The notes under the pieces are model-generated. The model did no database searches and had not been told where the DNA came from. It was given only the letters and a program-made list of their open reading frames with translations. Below are positions 59,408 to 64,000 of a DNA stretch of 64,000 nucleotides, in pieces. Origin of the DNA: Candidatus Levyibacteriota bacterium. GTDB lineage: Bacteria > Patescibacteriota > Microgenomatia > Levybacterales > UBA12049. The number at the start of each line of letters is the position of its first letter. The first letter of the stretch is position 1. Position numbers and translations under genes: made by a program. The DNA is taken from the NCBI GenBank assembly GCA_052034235.1, contig JBPOIT010000014.1:1924-65923 (forward strand), in the 5' to 3' direction.

Positions 59408-59743
59408 TTATTCGTTACCTGCGGAGCTTGCAAGCTCCAACATACGCAGACGCTCTTTTGCTTTTTCTGTTTTGTTATATTCATTTATCATGTCGTTATT
59501 TGCCTCAAGAATGCCTCCTTTTTTTTCATCACTTGGGTCAATTTGAGGGACATAAGGAGCAACTGGTATAGGCTTGTTGGCTTTAACGAAACTGAAAACC
59601 ATCACAACGACACTGATAAGTGCACCAGCTACATAGAAAAGATTACCTCCATCATTGAGACTTGTGAGAAAAAGATAAAAAAAGACAATAGTTAAGAGAA
59701 TAGTGACAAAACCTGAGGCTGTAAACAGGATTCTTTTTTTCAT
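59408..59743 (-). CDS. Small two-TM membrane protein
   Basis: 111 aa with two hydrophobic helices. Confidence 0.35.
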   Translation of the reverse strand: MKKRILFTASGFVTILLTIVFFYLFLTSLNDGGNLFYVAGALISVVVMVFSFVKANKPIPVAPYVPQIDPSDEKKGGILEANNDMINEYNKTEKAKERLRMLELASSAGNE

Positions 59744-59803
59744 ATGTATACTATAAAATAGCTTATTTAGACTCGCTTTGTAAAGCCCAAATACTGTTGT
59801 TTC

Positions 59804-60505
59804 CTAATTTTTAATATGCGAGGCAATATTGAATACATATCTTGAAGGAAGTATAAAGAGAGCTTGCACAACGATAAAAGTAAACAAACTGATAATAGGA
59901 GCGATAAATGACAAGCCAATACCAACAGTATATAAACCAATAACGACGAGAATTCGTGTCTGAATTATGTGTATCGTACTTAGGCTTAAAGAACTCACAA
60001 CTAATCGATGCTTATGCGTTGCATATACCCAATTGAAATAAAGAAGTGTCAAACAGACAAGAATATTTGCACCATACACAATAATAGCAATTGGTTCAAA
60101 TTCATGAGACCTGAGTAATGTTGTCGCAAAAGGAATGAGTGAGATAAAACATAAAAATAATATATTTATCCAAAGAAATTTTCTATTTGAAATCATAATC
60201 CAGTGAAACTGATTATGATGACTAACCCAAAGTGAACCTAACACAATGAAACTGAGGAAATAAGAAAGTAACTGCGAACCAAGTGAGTTCATAATCGACG
60301 GAAGATGCGTGAGAAGTAAATCAGGTGGAAGTTTCAAATCCAAAACAAGAAGTGTCATAACGATTGAGAAAACTCCATCACTAAGATTTTCAATTCTGGC
60401 GGTTGTCAAACCCTCGGAATTACTTAAATCGTTATCATTTAGGATATTCCCATATTCTGGGAGCGGTGATTGCATCTTTATTTCCATAATAGATGAGTAT
60501 ACCAT
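59804..60505 (-). CDS. DUF1211 / TMEM175-family putative potassium channel
   Basis: RIENLSDGVFSIVMTLLVLDL matches the DUF1211 RxxxFSDGVFAxAxTLLV signature in TM1. About 6 TM helices. Confidence 0.6.
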   Translation of the reverse strand: MVYSSIMEIKMQSPLPEYGNILNDNDLSNSEGLTTARIENLSDGVFSIVMTLLVLDLKLPPDLLLTHLPSIMNSLGSQLLSYFLSFIVLGSLWVSHHNQFHWIMISNRKFLWINILFLCFISLIPFATTLLRSHEFEPIAIIVYGANILVCLTLLYFNWVYATHKHRLVVSSLSLSTIHIIQTRILVVIGLYTVGIGLSFIAPIISLFTFIVVQALFILPSRYVFNIASHIKN

Positions 60506-60562
60506 AAATATAAAATATGTCGTTGATATGCATCAACACTATAGTAATTTATATACTTGACA

Positions 60563-60586
60563 ATATATTAGCATGTGCTAATATAT
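60563..60586 (+). promoter_or_regulatory. Perfect 11-2-11 inverted repeat (ATATATTAGCA-TG-TGCTAATATAT) overlapping the -10 box; putative ArsR operator
   Basis: TTGACA at 60557, the palindrome in the spacer and -10 region, then the ATG 6 nt later at 60591. Confidence 0.45.
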
Positions 60587-60590
60587 CTTT

Positions 60591-60860
60591 ATGACATCAG
60601 ATATACTCTCATCATTTTCAAATGAGACACGTTTAAAACTTTTACTCTGTCTTTCAAAAGGTGAAAAAAATGTGACTGAACTTATCGGAAATTGTGGCCT
60701 TTCACAATCCGCTGTTTCTCAGCATTTGGAAAAATTGCGCAGTTCAGGGCTCGTACAGACAAAAAAAGTTGGTAAAGAAGTATATTATTCTTTGGTTCAT
60801 AAAAAAGCTGCGGAACTCAGCAGCGAATTATTATCATTTAAGGAGTCAATTAATAAATGA
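60591..60860 (+). CDS. ArsR/SmtB-family transcriptional regulator
   Basis: HTH LSQSAVSQHLEKLRSSGLV. 89 aa. Confidence 0.8.
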   Translation: MTSDILSSFSNETRLKLLLCLSKGEKNVTELIGNCGLSQSAVSQHLEKLRSSGLVQTKKVGKEVYYSLVHKKAAELSSELLSFKESINK

Positions 60861-61120
60861 AAAAAGTAACAGCCGATATCACATTATACGCAACAATGTC
60901 ATGTCCTTACTGCAAAATGGAAAAAGCATGGCTTGATAAAAAAGGAATAAAACACAAACTCGTATTTGTTGATTTAAATCCTATGGAAGCAAAAAAAATG
61001 GTTGAAAAAACTGGACAAATGGGTGTACCTGTAACAGAGATCAAACTCGAAGATAAAAGCGAATTTGTTGTTGGATTTGATCCAGCACGGCTATCGTCTC
61101 TTTTACAAATAGCTCAATAA
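60857..61120 (+). CDS. Glutaredoxin-like protein (NrdH/YruB-like)
   Basis: The CPYC active site and thioredoxin fold. 87 aa. Confidence 0.75.
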   Translation: MKKVTADITLYATMSCPYCKMEKAWLDKKGIKHKLVFVDLNPMEAKKMVEKTGQMGVPVTEIKLEDKSEFVVGFDPARLSSLLQIAQ

Positions 61121-61125
61121 TCATT

Positions 61126-61464
61126 ATGTTTAACTTTGGACCCAAAATACCTGAAATTACAACTGAAGATGTCAAACACTCAATTGACACAAATGACAAT
61201 GTCGTCATACTTGATGTTCGTACTCCAGATGAAGTTACTCGTGGAAAAATTAAAAAAAGTATTAACCTTTCTGTTGACCAGATTGATTCAGGAGTTGAAA
61301 AAATCATCTCAGATAAAAATCAAAAAATATATGTTTATTGTTTAAGCGGATCAAGAAGTGCAATGGCTGTTCAAACAATGATTAAGATGGGATACAAAAA
61401 TGTCTTTAGTATGTCTGGCGGTATGCTTACCTGGAGGGCAAAACAATTCCCCGTTGAAAACTAA
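61126..61464 (+). CDS. Single-domain rhodanese-like sulfurtransferase
   Basis: Active-site loop CLSGSRS (CX4R) and VRTPDE. Confidence 0.8.
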   Translation: MFNFGPKIPEITTEDVKHSIDTNDNVVILDVRTPDEVTRGKIKKSINLSVDQIDSGVEKIISDKNQKIYVYCLSGSRSAMAVQTMIKMGYKNVFSMSGGMLTWRAKQFPVEN

Positions 61465-61913
61465 AACACATATGGAATAATTCGAAATGTGTTTTTTTTG
61501 TATGCTTCATAATTATGAAAGTATGCACCGAGTAATCTTTCCTCATAAAAAAGCTTCACAATAAGATCAATAGTAAGTAGAGCAAATAAAGCGGACGAAA
61601 ACAATGTTATATTTGTCAAAAGCAAACCGAAACAAACGAGTAAAACCGCAGTATACATAGGATGACGGATATATTGATAAGGTCCGTTTGTTACAAGTTT
61701 TGCCTTTTTATCAACATCAGGTGTTATATGCAATTTACTTACTCGCATAACGTAGATCGCTGTTATTCCTACAAATAGACCCGAGAAAATAAGTACTATT
61801 GGAAAAAGCGAAATCTGTTCTAACTTTGCGTTTTGTGAGAGTAAGATAATACAAAGAAATTGAATACTAACGAGAGTATACGAAAAAGTTTTCTTCACTA
61901 CCTCATTATACAT
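61461..61913 (-). CDS. Isoprenylcysteine carboxyl methyltransferase-family (ICMT/PEMT-like) membrane protein
   Basis: YIRHPMYTAVLL (RHPxY). Confidence 0.6.
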   Translation of the reverse strand: MYNEVVKKTFSYTLVSIQFLCIILLSQNAKLEQISLFPIVLIFSGLFVGITAIYVMRVSKLHITPDVDKKAKLVTNGPYQYIRHPMYTAVLLVCFGLLLTNITLFSSALFALLTIDLIVKLFYEERLLGAYFHNYEAYKKNTFRIIPYVF

Positions 61914-61934
61914 AAAAGGTGTGACAGTGAGGAA

Positions 61935-62273
61935 TTAGTTATTTAATACCTGTAGACTAAGAACAAATTTTTCACCAGTTGGTGTCAGGAAATACTGTAT
62001 AAACTTTCCATCACGCTTTTTGTTCACTAAAACAGATTTGTGAAGCGTTGCTAAATGGTGAGAAATTGCTGTCTGAGATTTTTTGGTATGTGAAATTAAA
62101 TCTGAAACACAATGAGGTTCTTTATATAAGAAAAGTAATAATTGTAGTCTTGTCGGAAGAGATGCATTGCGCAAAATACCAGCTATTTTATGTAGCGATG
62201 CAGCAGAATAGGTCTTTTCTGCAATCTGCTCACAATGGCAGTATTTAAACGGGTTATGTTTTTCTTTTTTCAT
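61935..62273 (-). CDS. ArsR-like winged-helix regulator
   Basis: HTH ...SQTAISHHLATLHKSVLV. TATAAT 12 nt upstream. Inverted repeats GTGATC...GATCAC in the upstream region. Confidence 0.55.
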   Translation of the reverse strand: MKKEKHNPFKYCHCEQIAEKTYSAASLHKIAGILRNASLPTRLQLLLFLYKEPHCVSDLISHTKKSQTAISHHLATLHKSVLVNKKRDGKFIQYFLTPTGEKFVLSLQVLNN

Positions 62274-62391
62274 ATATGAGTAGAATTATATAATTTCATT
62301 AGAAACTACGATGTGATCTAAATCACTCCAATTTTAGATATACTGATCACAACAATTCACAAAATATTACTAAGATATAAGAAAATTTGTA

Positions 62392-63030
62392 TTAATTGCA
62401 ACGTTGAAATGCAGGGAGATGTTTAGTTTCTGAGGCGTCCATAAGTCGTGTAAAAACACTGGTAATGTCTGAATAATTTTTTACTACCGGAAGTAATTCT
62501 TCTTTATATAATTTTACATTTGCTATTTCTGCGTCGACACCCGTTTGGCAAGATGCTGTTAACGTTGCGGGGACATTAACAGTACCGACCCATGTATTTT
62601 TAGGAATTTCTAAACCGTATTTATCGTAAACTGATTTTAATGAAGAAATATGTTGTTCTTCAGCCCTGATAATCATTGAGAATGGTTTTGTCATGCCAAA
62701 TTTTTCCAGTACGGCATCGTATGTTGCATATGCTTTATATTCATCAATGATAGCTTTATCTAAAGCGTTTTTAACATTGTCTGGAAGCTGATCGACAGGA
62801 TAATCAACTGTATCAATTTGCAAACAGTCTTCTGCTAAACAATTTCCACGATTTATTCCTTGGTTTCGACCAATCCTCTTCGTTTCATTTGTGACTGAAG
62901 CACTTTTCATTGAGTTAGTACTCTGTGGCACCTGAGTAAATAAGATAATGAAAAGTACACCAAAAAAAGTTAGAATGATAACCGCCGTAATCAGTAACAA
63001 TTTCTTATTTTTCTTCAAATACTTCCTCAT
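62392..63030 (-). CDS. DUF2202 ferritin-like domain protein, membrane-anchored
   Basis: LDKAIIDEYKAYATYDAVLEKFGMTKPFSMIIRAEEQHISSLKSVYDKYGLEIP fits the DUF2202 pattern. Confidence 0.55.
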   Translation of the reverse strand: MRKYLKKNKKLLLITAVIILTFFGVLFIILFTQVPQSTNSMKSASVTNETKRIGRNQGINRGNCLAEDCLQIDTVDYPVDQLPDNVKNALDKAIIDEYKAYATYDAVLEKFGMTKPFSMIIRAEEQHISSLKSVYDKYGLEIPKNTWVGTVNVPATLTASCQTGVDAEIANVKLYKEELLPVVKNYSDITSVFTRLMDASETKHLPAFQRCN

Positions 63031-63075
63031 AAGTGAGGTATATCACACATTAGAAGATAATAGCAATGATGCCAA

Positions 63076-63696
63076 TCACACGAATTGCAACAGTTCTTGC
63101 GGAGTGTTGATCAATAATTCTGGATTATATTTTATTAGTCCTTCCTTCGAATTAAATCCCCATGTTACAGCAGCTATTTTTATTCCAACTTTTTGACAAG
63201 CCTGAATATCTCTTATTTCATCGCCTACATAAAGCACTTCTTCCTTTGATACCTTTAGTGTATTTAGAAATTTTTTTAGCACTTTATCCTTTCGAAAAAG
63301 GCTGCTGTCACAATAAAGGTATGTAAAAATATCGATGTCATTATTTTTCAGAAATGCTTGCACGTTTGATTTACCATTTGATGTGACAATACCCAACTCG
63401 AAACCTTTCTCCTTTAGCCCACATAATACTTCGGGCATACCTTTAAACGATTTTATATTCTCTATGTTTTGCTGCTGCAAACGCTTCATATCACGCGCAA
63501 TAAAGGGAATCTTGTAAAAAGGGATATGAAGTCTTTTAACGATCTGGCTTGCGCTTTCTGAACGCAGCTCGTCTAAATTCTTAGGACTAAGCTCTGGTAA
63601 TTTATATTTAAGAGTGATTTCTCTAAGAATTTCAAAAAAATTCTCAAAAGAATCAGCAAGCGTCCCATCAAAATCGAACAAAATTATTTTAATCAC
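63076..63696 (-). CDS. HAD-superfamily hydrolase (phosphoglycolate phosphatase-like)
   Basis: Motif I ILFDFDGTLADS. Confidence 0.8.
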   Translation of the reverse strand: MIKIILFDFDGTLADSFENFFEILREITLKYKLPELSPKNLDELRSESASQIVKRLHIPFYKIPFIARDMKRLQQQNIENIKSFKGMPEVLCGLKEKGFELGIVTSNGKSNVQAFLKNNDIDIFTYLYCDSSLFRKDKVLKKFLNTLKVSKEEVLYVGDEIRDIQACQKVGIKIAAVTWGFNSKEGLIKYNPELLINTPQELLQFV

Positions 63697-64000
63697 TTTC
63701 TAATTATACAAAACTTCTAACCAGATTCTTATGTAATTATTATTCTCGCATCGATGAGGTTACTTGGACTGATGTTTGGGATGATTGGTGAAATGGAGAG
63801 AGAAAATAATCGGGATAAAACAAAAAAGTAAGTCGTTTTTATGCGAGGAAATGTAAAATAATCGCTGCAGCTTCTAAACAAACGAGTGCACAACCTGCTT
63901 GTACTGCAATTTTTTTAGCTATCCATTTCCCTTCAGTTCCTCCAAAAATAACGGCACTTACCTGAGTTGGGACGACAAACCCAATCCAGAAGAAACCTGC

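Noticed and set aside
1-64000. Searched for CRISPR arrays, tRNA or rRNA genes, and IS or transposase genes
   Set aside because: No direct-repeat/spacer periodicity, no tRNA-like T-loop (GTTCRAnnC) in GC-rich patches, and no DDE or serine-recombinase motifs were found.

Overview
This 64 kb window comes from a low-GC (about 35%) bacterial genome. There are no rRNA or tRNA genes, CRISPR arrays or recognisable transposases. Coding density is high on both strands, genes are short and many products are hypothetical; this suits a small-genome, possibly CPR/Patescibacteria-like organism, but that placement is inference. Housekeeping anchors are Lon protease, adenylosuccinate synthetase, peptide deformylase, Obg, HflX, a DEAD-box helicase, an M32 carboxypeptidase, a YpfJ metallopeptidase, an NRAMP Mn/Fe transporter and inositol monophosphatase. 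Notable content, in order along the window: (1) an 8.5 kb minus-strand island (16..8508) of uncharacterised genes. It is headed by an ImmA/IrrE-like HExxH peptidase and holds a protein with a YqgF/RuvC-like RNase-H-fold N-domain, a DUF695/RraB-like protein, a TPR-like protein, a zinc ribbon and membrane proteins. Two copies of a ~170-nt repeated 5' module each carry a promoter plus the first seven codons (MF-LFK). (2) A very high density of signalling genes: three histidine kinases, four stand-alone CheY-like receivers, an OmpR regulator and a Crp/Fnr regulator. (3) A tandem general-stress trio (KGG-repeat protein, GlsB/YmgE, YtxH-like) with duplicated upstream elements and identical strong ribosome-binding sites. 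(4) A class-F-like sortase next to a tiny Thr/Asn-rich secreted peptide. (5) A NaChBac-like voltage-gated channel and a TMEM175-like channel. (6) Two mirror-image MacAB/YknXYZ-like efflux modules. (7) A predicted fusion of an archaeal-type phosphopantetheine adenylyltransferase with a DUF359-like domain, suggestive of an archaeal-type CoA-synthesis bifunctional enzyme. (8) A GC-rich, hairpin-dense putative regulatory leader upstream of an EamA-YjbQ operon. (9) An ArsR-glutaredoxin-rhodanese operon with a perfect operator palindrome over its -10 box. Many genes carry a TATAAT or extended -10 box only 5-12 nt upstream of the start codon, implying widespread leaderless mRNAs.
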